The notes beneath the pieces are model-generated. The model was not told the DNA's origin, did no database searches, and was given only the letters and a program-made list of their open reading frames with translations. Source: Styela clava (lineage: Eukaryota). Taken from it: 64,000 bases of DNA. A program made the position numbers and the translations under genes. This document shows positions 40,029 through 54,804 of the stretch, piece by piece (the stretch's first letter is position 1; each line of letters begins with the position of its first letter). The stretch is taken from assembly GCF_964204865.1 (NCBI RefSeq), contig NC_135251.1, positions 30,070,001 to 30,134,000 of the forward strand, written 5' to 3'.

Positions 40029-41185
40029 TACGGCTTTGTCAATGGTCGTCATTGCCGGTATCCACATCGCGGTAAACACTGTGGACGGATGCTTTTTGAG
40101 TACTGAAGAAATCTCCACAAAGCTCGGATTTATCAGTTGTACAATACTTCTATGTGCCTCGCAGGTTCGAGGTTCACACAGAATTGGCACCACTACGTAA
40201 AAAGCGCAGGATCCTTACAGCCCTATTTTTTTAACATATATATATATTAGTCAAGTCACAACACGTGAGCATACATCGGACAGTTCAGATAATATAAACG
40301 CAAATATAGCAAAACTACTAACATTTCTTTCTTGCAATGTCAACACCTTACGTCTTATTTAATTTCAAATAATAGTCACGCATGTAGTCTACTTTGTATG
40401 TTATATTTATATAATGTTTATTCGATGTTCTGTATTTCTGTCAGATGTGATCTTTATAGGTAATGGGATGGGTCAGTTAGCCTCTTGAAGTGCAGCCGAT
40501 TATCTGTACCATAATGTGTACCAAGAACGTCTCCGACACTTGTCACTGGATGAGTGTCTTATTCATTTATATTCCTGTTTTCTAAGAAATAACCATTTGG
40601 CAAAAATGTGACAGAAAAATAACTTTACTCAGTTGTCGTTGCTTATTTTCGGGATTCATCTATTGTCTTGTCGTCCATGACTTCCTCTCATTCAGAGCGT
40701 GGAGAAATTGCTGAAATAGGCTTTTATGCAATATTATTTTGAGTGTGTGTTCCTTGCAGCATCCCATACCGTATTATATGGTAGCCGTTGTATCAAGCCC
40801 ACTACCCGACTCCGTGAAGAGCAGGTGTGTGTAACCTTTAATACAGGAGGGCCAGATACAAATAACTGAGTGAAACCGGGGGCCGCATAGGCTTTCTAGT
40901 AGTTACAAGCACAAAAGGTTTGGTTATTGATCTTATGACATGCGCTGTTTGCTTCGCACAAGCTAGCTGTTGGGATTGTGACATCATAGGCATATATAAT
41001 GAATTGGAGGCTTTACAACGCAAAGGGATCGGGATTGCTAGCATGCACCAGGTTGAACATAATTTAAAAACTCATTCGCGTGACGCACACCGCTCAAATT
41101 GGCACTTCTCCGCGGGCCGCACAAATATTCCTTGTGGGCCGCATTTGACCCGCAGGTTACATACCCTTGGAATCTAGACTTAGAG

Positions 41186-41586
41186 CAGTAGTTCCAAAAT
41201 TTTTTAATATATTTACCCCCAAATTGAATTGCCAGTGGCTCATTTACCCCACAATTTTCGGTGCGTAATATCACAAAGTCTAATACTATCGCCTATGCCC
41301 TATTGCACCTTCCAATTCAATTTTAGAATGTCAAACTTGTGTTCGATTAACATTTTAGCCTACTATCTATATAGAGAGGCACTGTAATGATGTATCTGCC
41401 ATGAGCGCGACTGACTCCGTTTTGACTTAGCAATGCTCATTGACGAGATGTGTAAGTTTTTTCGAAGATCAGCTAAAAGGTCGGGTATTACAATGGAAAT
41501 TGTTGATCATTGAACGCCTGAATTTTCCCCTGAAACTATCAAATTACCCCTTCAGAGGTGATTAGCCCTAGTTTTGGGAACCACTG
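41186..41586. mobile_element. Decayed hAT MITE
   Basis: Ends cagtagttccaaaa / ttttgggaaccactg; flanks acttagag / gtgtagag. Confidence 0.6.
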
Positions 41587-41987
41587 GTGTAGAGGACGTC
41601 CTGGGTTGGATCAGGGCGAGGGCTGATGTGGCCGTGGCCCAATGCTCAGTATCAAAAACAGGCCCGCCGATGTGATCCTACCAATACCTCTTTGTCTAAC
41701 TAAAACAGCTGATCTTAATTAAATAACTGAATCCATGAGATATTCATTTACTGATGTTCTTTAGCTGCCGCGTAGGCCACGTTGACAAAATAGCACCGGT
41801 CTTGACGACTTGCTACCATCGAAATGCAACTACAGACTGCTGTCAGAAATTAATTTGAATTAAATGACTAAATCAATGAGAGATTTATTTTACTACGTGT
41901 CCTGCGTGGGCCACGTCGGCGAAAGAGCGCCGGTCTTGACGATTTGTTACCATCAAAATGCAACAGTTGGTAAACTGCAGTCTGCTG

Positions 41988-42395
41988 CAGAGGCGTACGG
42001 GGGGGGGGGGGTATGGGGGGCTGTATTTCGTCGTATTCGCGTGCATCCATGAGACAGGATCGTCGCAGTGATCTTGCACTTCTAAGTGTTGAAAGATAAA
42101 CAAGGGAAAAAACAGATTTTGATGACGTGATTAACCAGTTTGTGACAGTGGAATAAAGAAAAATAAATTTATTGTAGACTATGTAAATCATATTTGACAG
42201 TAACTGAGTTGGACATTATGGACATATACTATGTTTTGTATAGCTTTGCTTCTTCTTTAAATAAAATGTTCCATTACAATTTAAATTGTTTTTACATATA
42301 CAATTAAATGTAGTAGAAAATATGATTAAACGTGGAGGTCGGGGCGCCAATTTTATAGTTTGCCCCGGGCGCAAAATATCCTGGCTACGACTCTG
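41988..42395. mobile_element. hAT (Tip100-like) MITE
   Basis: Ends cagaggcgta / tacgactctg; perfect TSD gtctgctg. Confidence 0.75.
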
Positions 42396-43329
42396 GTCTG
42401 CTGTTAGAAACTAATTTGTATTTCATCAATATTTTTTAGATTTGTTACTCAAATCTGTAGAAATCTGCAAGACAGATATCAACTTTCTACAAAGGGTCCA
42501 GAGTTGATTTATATTGTTGCGCAAAAGACAACTCAGTCTGCGACTCGAATTGACATCCATTGAGTTTGGATAGATGTCCGCGTTCCGTTGTTCTTATCAG
42601 AAAAATGAATTTGACACACGACAATTTTGATTTTCATTACACGGGTTTTTCGTTCACATAACTTTCATACGTTTATATTTCTAAGAAATATTTTAATAGC
42701 TTAACATTTAACTTCATTGGGATTCAATATTTTTAAAAAGTAATTGCCCTGGCATAACGTAGGCCTATCTATCGTTTGAGTGTAACTCTGATGATTTTCA
42801 GTTGTCAGGAGAAAACCCAACCGCAAATTTTTTTGCCGTTTTTTACATAACAAAATAAACAATTCTTGAAACAAAAAGCAAAAATTTGAAGCGCGTTATA
42901 TTCCATTCCTAATTTACTATCCAATTTACGCCAAGTATCGGAGTACGTACCAACGGGATAATACTCTATGAAAGGTCATCGCATAATTGGGGTCAATGTC
43001 CACCGTACATGAGAATGTAAAGGTGTAAATTTGAGTCCAACTGAGCTTGTTGGCTAAACTTGTCTGTGTGTGTTTTTGTGCCAGAACATTGAAGTGTGTT
43101 ATTCAAACAGGTTTTTATGTTCTATCCATTTCAATATAACGGATGTGTGTTATAGCAATATAAGCACGTGCTTAGGGGACCAGGGTAAGAGGACACCACA
43201 AAAAATTTCATGGACGAATTTGTAATAGTTCGGCCGTGTTTAATGAAATAATTCGATATTTGCCCAGTTGAACTAATGATTTTTTTCCTTCTTGGCCTTG
43301 CTTTTCATAACTTGGCCATCAGTTAGTAA

Positions 43330-43715
43330 TAGAGCTGGGCATTTTCGAATACCTGATGATTTCAGAATCGAATCGAATATTTTTTTCGAATGAAAATACT
43401 TGATAGATATAATATTGTATGTAACTTTCTTACTGTATTAGGTTCTCCATAAATTACCGACAACATAGAATACAGCACTCAGGCAGATTTCTGAGCGTTG
43501 ACACACAATAAAAAAACACGTTTTCGTCGATAACTCTTTACAGAAAAGAGTCATATGTCGGAATTGCGTTGCAAAAATATGGCTTCAAAAAAAATGTGAG
43601 AAGTTCACCTCCACCATTGGCGGAAAGAAAAATAAAAACAAGATGGCGGCAATTCGAAATATTGCTCTGAACCGATCGGAATAACTTACTATTCGATTCC
43701 AAATGCCCAGCCCTA
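43330..43715. mobile_element. hAT/Ac-type MITE
   Basis: TIRs tagagctgggcattt / aaatgcccagcccta, with tcgaat subterminal repeats. Confidence 0.7.
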
Positions 43716-45438
43716 TTTAATAATGAATAAGAAAACGTTCCTATTCAATTTCAGATAAAATGGTGCACCAGTTTCAATAAAACAGAAATGAACCGTGTTC
43801 AGCTAATTGATGTACACAAAAAGAAACAAGAAAAAAAGACTAAAACTGCCCTCTTTTCATTCCGATAAATAATATCTTGTTTGGTTTATTGTGTTTATAT
43901 TTTGAATGGCACATATGGGGCCTCAAAGTCTTAAGTGCTTAGGTCCCCTATGAAGCATGATGCGGCTCTGTTCCGATGTAGAACCAGGCCCTCGAAAGTC
44001 CAAACTCGGCCATGTCTTTCAAATAGTACGAAACCCGGCCAGTACTTCGGACCGGCTTGGGACTAGGAATGCGAAATCGACATTTGATCTAAGTTTCCAT
44101 TTCTGCAGGATTCTACATGTAGAGAAATTTCTAAAATACGCCTGCACGCTCTTTTTCGATCGCGAATTCAAGGATCGAAAGTCCAAGACATCGTTAACAA
44201 ACACGATACTGTTGTACCTTCATTCTTAATCGCACGCGTTCTTGCGTTAAATCAGAGACAAATTGACTAGAGTCGAAATTGCATTTGTCAACGTCACTCT
44301 TATACAATAGGAGCCGTTACTTCTAACGACTGAATCCCGTCTCCAAAACGTGTCTTAATTTCGCAAATTGAATCACGAGTAATTCTTGGTTTTTTAGATT
44401 AAGAAATGAATTTGAATATTGGAGCCGAGTTGCACTCGTTTCCGAAGGGGCAAGGCTTAACAGAATCAGTTTAATCAATATTGAAACAAGCGGGTTTCGG
44501 GAACAATGATCGCCCACCCCGATATTCTATTTATGCTCCATAACAATAGTTACTCTACAATTCATTCCAGAATTTTATTATCGAAATCCTACCTCATAAC
44601 ATTTAACCATTTAGAATTAATCTAGTATGAGAAACCAAGGTTTTGTTGAACTCTTTCTCAAACCCTGTTCTGAAACAATTAATCATGGTCAAGATATACC
44701 ATGTCAATGATGTCAAAGAGCTGCTTTTATAATTTTATTGCACATAACTATATATATAATATATATGTAAGGACAAAGATATCAAGAATGGAACGTAATA
44801 TGCCATTTGTGTGTAAATGAAGCAATGACTATTGAGATTCAACCCCTAAAATTACTTCAACACCATCAAGGAATTGCACCAAAAAAGGGAATTTTGTGCT
44901 ATTTGAAAAAAGTTATGAGCGTAAATATCGTTCAACCAACCAGAAATCGAACGAAAAGTTTCTAGTTCACATACTACTTCTTTGCCTCGATTTTTTAGTT
45001 TGTATAATTATGGTAATCGCATACACATAATAACTGACGTCTTGTACAACCTTTGTCACCCTAACTAACCATTGATTGTTTAGGACGTCAGATATGGACA
45101 GATGAATAAATTATTCAATGTACTAGAGAAAATACGAGTGGTTCAATGGACAACAACATTACATTTTTCCATACAATAAACTTGGCATATACTATACATA
45201 AAAAGGATAGTAAAAGAAAAACTGGCACAATAATTTCTGATTGAACATTGATAGACTCAGTTGCCAAGCTTTATCTTCACAATTTTTCTAACCAGAGTGT
45301 TAAATGTACACAGCTCATAAAAATATCATTCAAAACTGCAACTGTACGATCTGTCACAGTTGAACGCAGCAAAAATATTTCACACTGCTGCATCAAATGT
45401 ACAATTTTCATGAACCTCCGCTGCGGAGAACAAAATCA

Positions 45439-48400
45439 TTACCAGATAGGAATGTAACTGTCAATTTTTGCCCGATGTCGTTGCGCAATGCATTCAGCAA
45501 TCCAGATTATATTTCGGCATTCCTGTTCTTTCAATTTAACATAGGAGTAAAACACCCCGTAATGAAACTGTTGCAGGAAACTATTCACATTAAGAGAAAC
45601 CTAAAACGGAATGCAGTATAACAGTCAAGGCAAGAAATTCAATATCAGCTTCCCATTCTTGACGGAAGAATATAATAGAACAATTTTTTCTCATTGAACG
45701 GTTGAAAATAAAGAATGAAAAAGATTTATCATCATTCAAATCCACTTACCTCATGCTCAAAAAATTTATCTTCAAGAGTTTTATCACCAGGATTGTTTCC
45801 AGTTCCATCAAATAGAGGTTTGTATTCCTATTGGAAAAAAAATAGAGAAATTTGCAAAGAGGGTGAACTTTTCCCAGCATTCTATCTTCATTAGCACAAA
45901 AATATTTCTTTTCATTTATAGCAAATAAAGTTATGAAAAGCAAAACAAAATGAAGCATTACATTTAAAACAAGTACTTGGAAAAATTAACTTTTGTAGTC
46001 ATGGTACAAAATAATGAAATGAGATCAATTAAAAATAAGATTAATATTTGCCTTTTATCCTGTGTACTTTGAGATAATTAAATGGAAAATGTGGCTTGCA
46101 AAACACTTTCTCAAGTATTTGGTGCTATAAGTAACAATCAACCAGGGAACTATAAATTGAACTTAAAGAGGTTTTTGAATGAAATAATATAGAAACTTAC
46201 AGCATAATATTCTGCAATTGCTTTTACTGAATCATATTCATCGGCTTGACTTAGAGCTGCAAGTCCATAAGGATGAAGCTTTCCACATTTTGGATATAAC
46301 TTGGCTCTGTCTTCCTTTGTTAGTTCAGTACCGAATGAATTAATCGTGATGATAAAGGATCTGCGATCTGCCTCAAACTAAATGAAAATATTGTTAAGAT
46401 TGTTGATTATTATTTTACTTCAATAATCACTGTTTGATTCAAAATGTGACAAAGGTACTGATAAGCCTGGTATTACAGAATCGTAAAATTATGACCTTTT
46501 TTGTTATTGTATACATTCGAAGAGATTTGAAAATACTTATTTTCTTCGTTGTTTAATAAGATAACATTTTAAAGATAGTATAGTAATTACCCTGATGGGG
46601 TACATCCTAGCAAGTGTCAAATTTGACTCCTACTTAAGAAAAAACGTATGGAAAAGAAAATAACAATTTATAGCCCACAAGTTACGTGTAAATAAACTAT
46701 TGCGGCATTATCTACAGCAGGGCTTCTCAACTGGCGGACCGCGGTCGAATCAGGACCTTTCGGGTATTCGATTCTCATAACTCTTTATTTTGGATCATTA
46801 GCCCCACTTTTGAAGTTTCCTTTTATAAAATCATATTTATAGATTTTAAAATATATATGAAAAGAACTATAACGTCATAACAAACAATCTTGATTAGCTA
46901 ATAATCATTAGTCAGCCGAGGGGATTGCGTGTTTGAGGATGCCGAATATTATGTCTGGAAAGTCCGGACCCAGATATTTTTGAAGTTTTGTATGCGGACC
47001 TTCGGTAAAAATAGTTGAGTAGCCCTGATCTACAGTACCAGATGTGGACCTCCAGAGGTATGTGTACCAAGATGGCGCACAACCTGAACATAGTATATGT
47101 ACCAGGTTAGGGTTCAGGCTGTTCCCCATTTTGGTGCACATACTTCGGGAGCGCCCCAGATGTATGTATGAAAAAACTAGTACAATCTTTTATCATATTA
47201 TACATAATACTCATTATATGCCATGAAATTGATAAAAATTAAATATTTATGAGAAATTTCAAATACAGCATTTCAAAAAAATCATCAGACTTGCCTCGAA
47301 CATACAGATTAATTAACAAACCTCAACCATAGGTTTTTTTTGACAAATATTAGGCTAGTTGCATAATAATTCTTCCACTTACTGCAAGAATTTCACACAT
47401 GACTTCTGCAGTAGCTCCTCCTGTACTTTTACAAAAGTTGTAAAAGGATTCGATGTATGCTTTGTAGAGAGTATTTCGAATGATTTCTATGTTCAATTCA
47501 TCAAGATCACGTTCAGAAATGCACTCTTGAAAAAATGGTGCTGAAAACATAATAAAAAGAGTGATGTTCCATCCAGATTAAATTGAGTTTTGTTATTGAA
47601 GTATATTTTAGTAAATTCAAAAAAAAATTATTTAACTCGTAAGATATGGTAATCTATAGGACATCACATAATCATAAATAGGTTACTATATTGGGCAATT
47701 GGTAATCAATAAGCAGGTCAAGCACAGATCACTTATAGAAAGCTAGTTGTGAAAAGATACTAATCCAAACTAAAAAAAAAGAAAATAACTTGTTTAAGTA
47801 CTTATTCTTATATACCGGTAAATTCATTTTAATTACAAACAGTGCATTGCTATCAAGCATATATAATTATGCTTCATTTATTGATAAAATATTCAATAAT
47901 GTAACAACTTGGAATGGGGAGTTAAATCTACTGAAAGAATCTTACCTAGAGGTGTATCAACAAGTATTGCATTGAATAATTCAGCTGGAGTGCTTGCAAT
48001 GGTTACGGTTTCCATTTGATCAAATATTCCCAATGGATGACATTTGGATACAAGTTCAGAAAGTTGTCGTTGATGAAGTGTTCCAGTAATCAATAGAATA
48101 ATGTTGTCGATCATATAACTATACCTGCGATATTGAGAAAGTATTAATATGACCCAGTATATATATAAGTATATATAACAGCACAAACATATGAGCTCTG
48201 CTAAGAAGGAAATGTGAGTAACGGTGTTGAAATATTTTGTCCTAATCTGTACTGTAGAACAGAATTATTAAGCAAACATTGAATATTAAAGCTTCAACAT
48301 TTAAAAAATGAAAATAAACACAAATATAACAAAATTAGAAGTAAGTTACGTTATGTAATCCAAAAATGTTGCCAATGGTTCATATGCATGATTACGGATA

Positions 48401-48845
48401 TAGGTGAATTCCAACACCAGTTTGTCTCTCAATCTGTCATCAATTACTGAAACAGTCAAAGGTGAAGGCTCATTCGCTAAGAAATTCCCGTAATCAGTTC
48501 CTTGCAGATGAAGCTTTAGATCTAAGAAATGTTATATTACGATATTAATAACATTTTAGGGAATAAATCAGAAAATACATATCAGTTATAATAGAGTTTT
48601 ACAGTTATAGAGCTTTCTGAGATATTATTATTTGACATTGTAATCTTGTAACTTTCTTCAAAATTATTTTTAATAAATCATTGTGATAACTACATAATAT
48701 TTATCCTACCTTCCAATGTTTCACACTGAGTAAGCTGACGATAGTCTTCTTCTTTCAAAACACCATCCTTGAACCCACGAACCAATCCTTCCAAGAATCC
48801 AGAATCAACATTGAAAAACATTTCCGAAAAACCAATAGCAGCCAT
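45439..48845 (-). CDS. ATP6V0D1: V-type proton ATPase V0 subunit d
   Basis: Exons 48845-48710, 48521-48350, 48124-47946, 47540-47383, 46377-46201, 45827-45750, 45600-45439. [95 protein letters not shown]. Confidence 0.97.
46718..47027. mobile_element. hAT MITE in ATP6V0D1 intron
   Basis: TIRs cagggcttctcaac / gttgagtagccctg; perfect TSD atctacag. Confidence 0.88.
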
Positions 48846-49669
48846 ATTTCAAGAGGTTATTGGCTTATTACTTATTTTCCTGATTGAATTTTAAAATATA
48901 TTTTGTAAATGTTATCATAAAAATACCAAAAAATACAGTACTATCAGACTGTAAGTATACAAGTATGGTAACAGATAATATTTGCGATATATTTGAAAAC
49001 AGAGCAGTGACGTTTTATGGGTCGTCAACGTCATCAATTATAAAGCTTTTATTTCAGGTTTTTGATTTACTTTTCTTTTTTTATTAAGCAATTTGTACGC
49101 TGTAGTTGTGTCATGCCCAACTACAACAGGCAGACAGGTGCTCGATATTGTTTGATTTTTTTCAGAACTGCAGCTAGATTTTGGATTTACAGTTCAGTGT
49201 AGTTTGTTTTGTTCATGTGAGCACGCAAGAGTCAAACATGTCAGCCGCCGCTGCAGGGTTGTCCATGTAACTACTGGTTGGTTACGGATTACATCCACCA
49301 TCAAGTCTGCAATGCAAGTACAGAAGTACATGCATCTGAGTACAATTAACTGATCCCAGAATCCCATACAAGGACATGGACTCGTACAGTCAGACGGGAC
49401 CGGACGATAGACTCCGGTTCGCTATATGCTAAGTCGTCTTATCGAGGCTAGTTCACTAAACGCCGTCAAGTACTTTTAGTTGGCGTGGCATAACCAATTT
49501 TGCAGATATTATTCCCAACTCTCCACCTTACTACGCCATCCCAAAATAACGTCACTACAACACCACATTGATGAAATAAGGCCCGCTAAAGTACCGCTAT
49601 GGATTATAGTCTGACACGTGCAGACGATCACCCAAAATCAAGCAGACTATTTCGAATATTTTATTTAGG

Positions 49670-50511
49670 AATCAATATTTCCGAATCTGATTCTATTTAG
49701 TATAACATCACATTATCGTTAAGTTTTTTCCAAATTGGGAGAACTATAGCATAAATTATGATTAAATAACAAATAACAATAATGAACATGAAAAATGAGT
49801 GAAGTTAGTAGAAGAAAACATTGAATTCATGCCCAAACTACAAAATATACTAGAGAATATTTATTTTGTTACATAGAATACACTCAGTTATATTTACGTA
49901 TTACATAAATTTATGTTCACCAACAATACCAAATATATAGTGATTGTTTCCTCTAGAGTTAACCTTTAAAATTCATCCAAATGCTGAAATGATAAACTTC
50001 AGTAAATCATGCTTTAGTACCGCTTGCGCTGTGATTTTAAAGAAAGCAAATGATTTTAAAGAAAACAAGCGAGGGAAGCATCGCATACCGTACCTATGTT
50101 TTTAATGAGGAATAATGTCAGAATGTTGTTGTTATACCGGTACAGTTATAATGACATTACATAGGTAATTTAAAGGCACGCTTATATATGACATATTTCT
50201 GTATTTGTAAATCTTCTTAACATTTTAAATAATCTTAATAAAATTTAACGAAACCATTGGTTCATCTAAGAAAGCTGTGACCCATATGGAATATAACTTA
50301 CGACTGTACGACTTCTGGACCTGGGAATGCTGTAAGCGTAGAGTAAATATACGGTTTTGGTCGACGATGAGACAACGCTGCGTCGTGCAATCGCCTCGTG
50401 CTATTTAAATTTTTTTTTTTTTAAATAGAATCAAGTCGTTTTTCTCAAATTGCTTCAATTCGAATTGACATTGATTCGAACCGCTTCGAAATTCTAAAAC
50501 TTACATCCCTA
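49670..50511 (-). mobile_element. Inverted, one-end-truncated copy of the MITE at 14672-15521
   Basis: Reverse-complement similarity along its length (ccgaatctgattctatttagtataacatc ... aaacttacatcccta). Confidence 0.75.
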
Positions 50512-51700
50512 TTTGAGGTGTTTAGTGAACATGCGCCGTCTAATCGACATTTCTTGTCAGCGGCACTGAGTGATATAAATACAGAAATATATAAGCTAGG
50601 GTGGCTTACCCACTTTGCGGCCACGACCTATTTGCGACCATCAACTTCATCGATTAAATTAATGCCGAAAAAATTAACGAACCGCGACGATATTTCGCAC
50701 ACGTTATCGTCCACTCATCCCTCGTAGCTCTGCAAAATTACACTAAAATGCGGCCACAAACAAAAAAGTTACGACCGAAAACCCGACCGAAGAAAAAAAA
50801 CGGACCATTTTTGTCGCCAACTACCCATTGTTCCTTTGAAAAAGCCTAAAAATCCACACAAATATAAGAGATAAAAAGATGAAACTTGGCAGGTGGGTAG
50901 AGTTGTGTTTCTTTTAACCATCTTTGAAGTTTCGCGTTTTTACATTAAAAAGAGGGGGAATACTGGAATAGGAGGGTGCGCATTTCCAATACGTCGATAA
51001 TATCTTTGTCGACCAATTTGCGACCACCGTGTTTTAGTCTGTTTGATTGCTGTGATGCGGTGCTTTGTTTATAATTTGAAGAGTTTTGTTCGAAATAACC
51101 ATGTTCTTAAAATATATGACGGTCAGAAATGCAATAAGCCAATTTTTTTCACGCATGGCTGCGTATGCCCTAGTCTCGACGCAGCAGAAACGATGTTCAA
51201 GGCTTGAAATCCGTGGTCGCACACTGGTTGTTCGGTCGCAAATATGTCTTCAGAGTGTCGTACTTTGGTGGTTTGTATAGCTTTAACCCCTGTTCGTAGA
51301 AAGTTAATTCGAGGTTCAGCGTGTAGAATAAATGCCAATGCACCTACCATGAAAAAATTAACGGGTTAGAAATAATGGTTTTTGTTTTATAGCGGTTTGA
51401 ATGAAATCGTCCGCAGACTGGCTACACCATCCTATACCAGTACTGCCTTACCAGCTGCAGAGCTGCTTTGCAGCCTTAGCATTTTGTAACATCTGAACAC
51501 TGGAAAATCAGTCAACTGTCTGACTGTGACAATATCCAAATATTAACCTGAAGTTACATAGCTACATGCCGGTACCGTATGTTTTTGAAGACTGAATTGT
51601 ACCGTACGTATGTACAGAGCTAGTTCTGACGGTTTGCCGAGCAAATCCGAAATCAATAGCTAACGAAAACGGAAAAGCTGTCGATCTCAACCTGATGGAA

Positions 51701-51718
51701 TCACATGACATCACGTGA
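51701..51718. promoter_or_regulatory. Tandem MiT/TFE (M-box/CLEAR) E-boxes, candidate ATP6V0D1 promoter
   Basis: tcacatgac-a-tcacgtga, 2.9 kb upstream of the ATP6V0D1 ATG. Confidence 0.45.
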
Positions 51719-53207
51719 TCAGAGAAATGCGCAACAGTGGCCATGTTCATGTCGGATTGAGTGAAACGTTGTGCATATTTTTTATGTTGTTGTGCTTAGA
51801 ATTCCTTTTTTTTTTCGTTGTAAGAAAAAAAATCCATTTTCTCATTAACTACTGGACCACTTGTTTTGAAATTTTCAGTGTTTGAAGATTGTATTTGTCG
51901 CTACTGGACACGAGAGGGAGATTCGGTTCTACTAAATATATGTATGTTTATTTGCCTCAGAAATATAACAGTAGCCTATCTGCATAATAATTAAACAGTA
52001 AAACAGAGACGGGAATACATGTTCAAGACCTTACTGGCCTAAGACACAGATGTGCGACATGCACCCCGACTAACAATTAAACAATGTTAAAAAAGACAAT
52101 ATAATAGGCTACTGTACGTGTTTTGGCAGTAACAATTACAAATCAGCGGTAGGTTAACAATGACGTAACAATCGGAATTTATGCCGCCGCTCAGACAATT
52201 TTTTTGCTCAGACTGATTTAAGCGTGGTTGCCTTTCCTCGACTTTTGACCCCCAAAAAATTCTTTCTATTATTTACCATTGCAAAATTTTCGGGGCTATT
52301 TTAAGAGTGCTTTTGTGAGTTGGCGCCTGTAAAATAGGGTTTGTGTTTCAAACCATCATTATGATTCATCGCATACAACAATCTGTTTTTTAAAAGTACC
52401 GGTAAAGAATTTTAGCCTAGTCTGCGAAAACGAGGTAACGTTACGATTACGACCACGCTTGAAAATCTGTCTGAGCTTACGGTCTGAGTGAGAAAAGTGT
52501 CTGAGCGGTTGCAAAAAGGGAACCTTGTTACGTCACTTTTTGCATCTTGCTGATTGGCCAATGTCACGAAGTAAACAAGAAAGTCGATGTTCGGGGAGAG
52601 GTCCATTGCCTCTTTTTGATAGTTTTGTGCGTTATTAGTCAGTCGTTAGTTGCGTTTCCAAGAAATAGTTGTATATCAAATAACTTAATTATCATTATGT
52701 CTGCCGAGGAACTTCAGTTTAGTTACAACAATCAAAAATTGAAACTGAAAACGCTGCGATAGACTAGCCTCTAAAATCAGTACGTAAGCAGCACGTGGTC
52801 TACTCTATTGTTTTGAATAATGATAGTTTTGGACATGTGAGTGAATGTGCCATTTATTTTTTGAGTCGGCGATGATTTTAATATTTCATGTCGGTTGTAA
52901 TAATTTTATTTTTATTTATAAATTAATACCGCTAACTTAAACTGATATTGTCATTAACGACGCCTCGATAACGATAAAATACGCGACAGATACTAAATTT
53001 TATTTCAGAGCTATTTTATAAGCTCTAAATTGCAAAAAAATGAGAAAATTTCCCGTTATGTTCGGTCACTATCGAAACATGAAAACAATTAATTAGGACA
53101 CAATTTACTTTTATATTTATTGCCGGGGACGCACAAACTATCTTGACTAAATTGAAATAGACAATATTATTTGTGTAATATCAAAAACATCCTCGACGTC
53201 TTATAAG

Positions 53208-54415
53208 TAGGGTTGTGATTTCGTGACCAGTTTTTGAAATCCCGGTATCGTGATATCCCGGGATTGAGCCGTATAATCCCGTGATTAAGTAAAAGATTGA
53301 AACAACTTGCATGACAAGTAACAACTTGCATGAAAATCACGTATTTATTTCATGTAATATCGACGCAGAAGTATTAGAGCATCTAGGGCAGTGGTTCCCA
53401 ACCTTTTTTTTTATATCGCGGCACACTATTTAGCTCTTTGAATATTAGCGGCACACCTATCATAAAAGCACGAACATTTACTACCCATTAAGAGTGCGAT
53501 AGTCGAGCGCGAACAAATGGTTAATAGTTATCGATATTAGAACTGTTTTCTTACATTAATGTAAACGAGAGCGTCTTCGGAGCATCTCACATTATTGTAG
53601 AAGTTGCGCACCGCCCCTCCATGTTACGCCCTTATTATTATCGCATGCATTCTCACTTACAATTCAAGGTTTTTCTCATTGCCAAAATCATTCAATAGTG
53701 TTATTGTCGGCATTTGCGAGAGAAATGAAAGTGGCAAACAAATTGTATTTCATTACAACAATTAATTATTATCGCTTAAAACACTTCATTTCATTGCATC
53801 AGTGTTTGGACTACCACGCGTTTCGCCAGATTACTGGCGTGATTACAGATCGCAAGGGTGGTCAAAATAGTACATTTTCATCGAATCGCATAATTTTAAC
53901 GAATTGTCGAATATCGGGTTGAATTCGGAATTTTATTCCGATTTTTAAATTTTGGGTCAGCTTTGATCTTTTTTTGTCACCGTTTGTGAATTAACCGTCC
54001 CAATTTTAAGCTAAATCAATGAATATTATCATTTCTGACGGCGGAATGCGGATTTTACTTTTCAAAAGTGTGACTGTTTTATTTACTGAATGACATTTTG
54101 AGTTCAAATTATGATTAAATAAATCAGTAATAATGGCAATTCTACTAGTCAAATAATAATTACTTGGTACAATTTGAGAAAAATTTCGCACAACAATTCC
54201 ACTTTCACTCACACTGTACGCGTGAATGGCTTTTTTTCAATTAAGTATTGAATAAAATGGTATGTTAGTCGTTGGGTATAACCAACCATTTGTGAGAATA
54301 TCTATATGTGGGTAGCAAAGTCTTAAAATCCCCGGATTTTTACGAAATAATTGCGGGATCGGGATTGGAAAAAAACAGTCCAAATTTCGGGATCGGGATT
54401 CCCCGGGGTCCCAAC
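53208..54415. mobile_element. Composite of nested hAT-type MITEs
   Basis: Outer tagggttg..atcccg subterminal repeats at left, cgggat repeats ..caacc at right; an inner cagtggttcccaacc end at ~53389. Confidence 0.55.
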
Positions 54416-54417
54416 CA

Positions 54418-54804
54418 AATAAGACAGCGTTTTATTTCGATTTCCTAAAAATAACACTAGGGCTTATTTGGGGGGGGGGAGGGGGGGTATTTATGTGTCT
54501 TATATTTTAATTTATCAAAAACAAAATTATAAAGTAAAGAATTACGATATTTTAAAATATGCAAAATATAAAAAACCGATATCCATTTACTTATGAATAA
54601 CACGTTTTCATGCAAAATATCTGCAAAACATAGATTATTAAGCATTTAAAACGGGTAGGAGAGCTAGCTTGCTAGCGACTAGGTCAAAAAAAAAATTCGC
54701 GTTATTGACTAGGTATTATTTTAGGGGAAGGCTTATATTAAAATAATTCTTAAAATTTAGGCTAGTTCTTTTTCAGGGTAGGTCTTATTTTCGGGAAAAC
54801 ACGG
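54418..54804. mobile_element. Tc2/pogo-like MITE, second copy
   Basis: Colinear with 35590-35959; right TIR ggtcttattttcgggaaaacacgg followed by TA. Confidence 0.75.
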
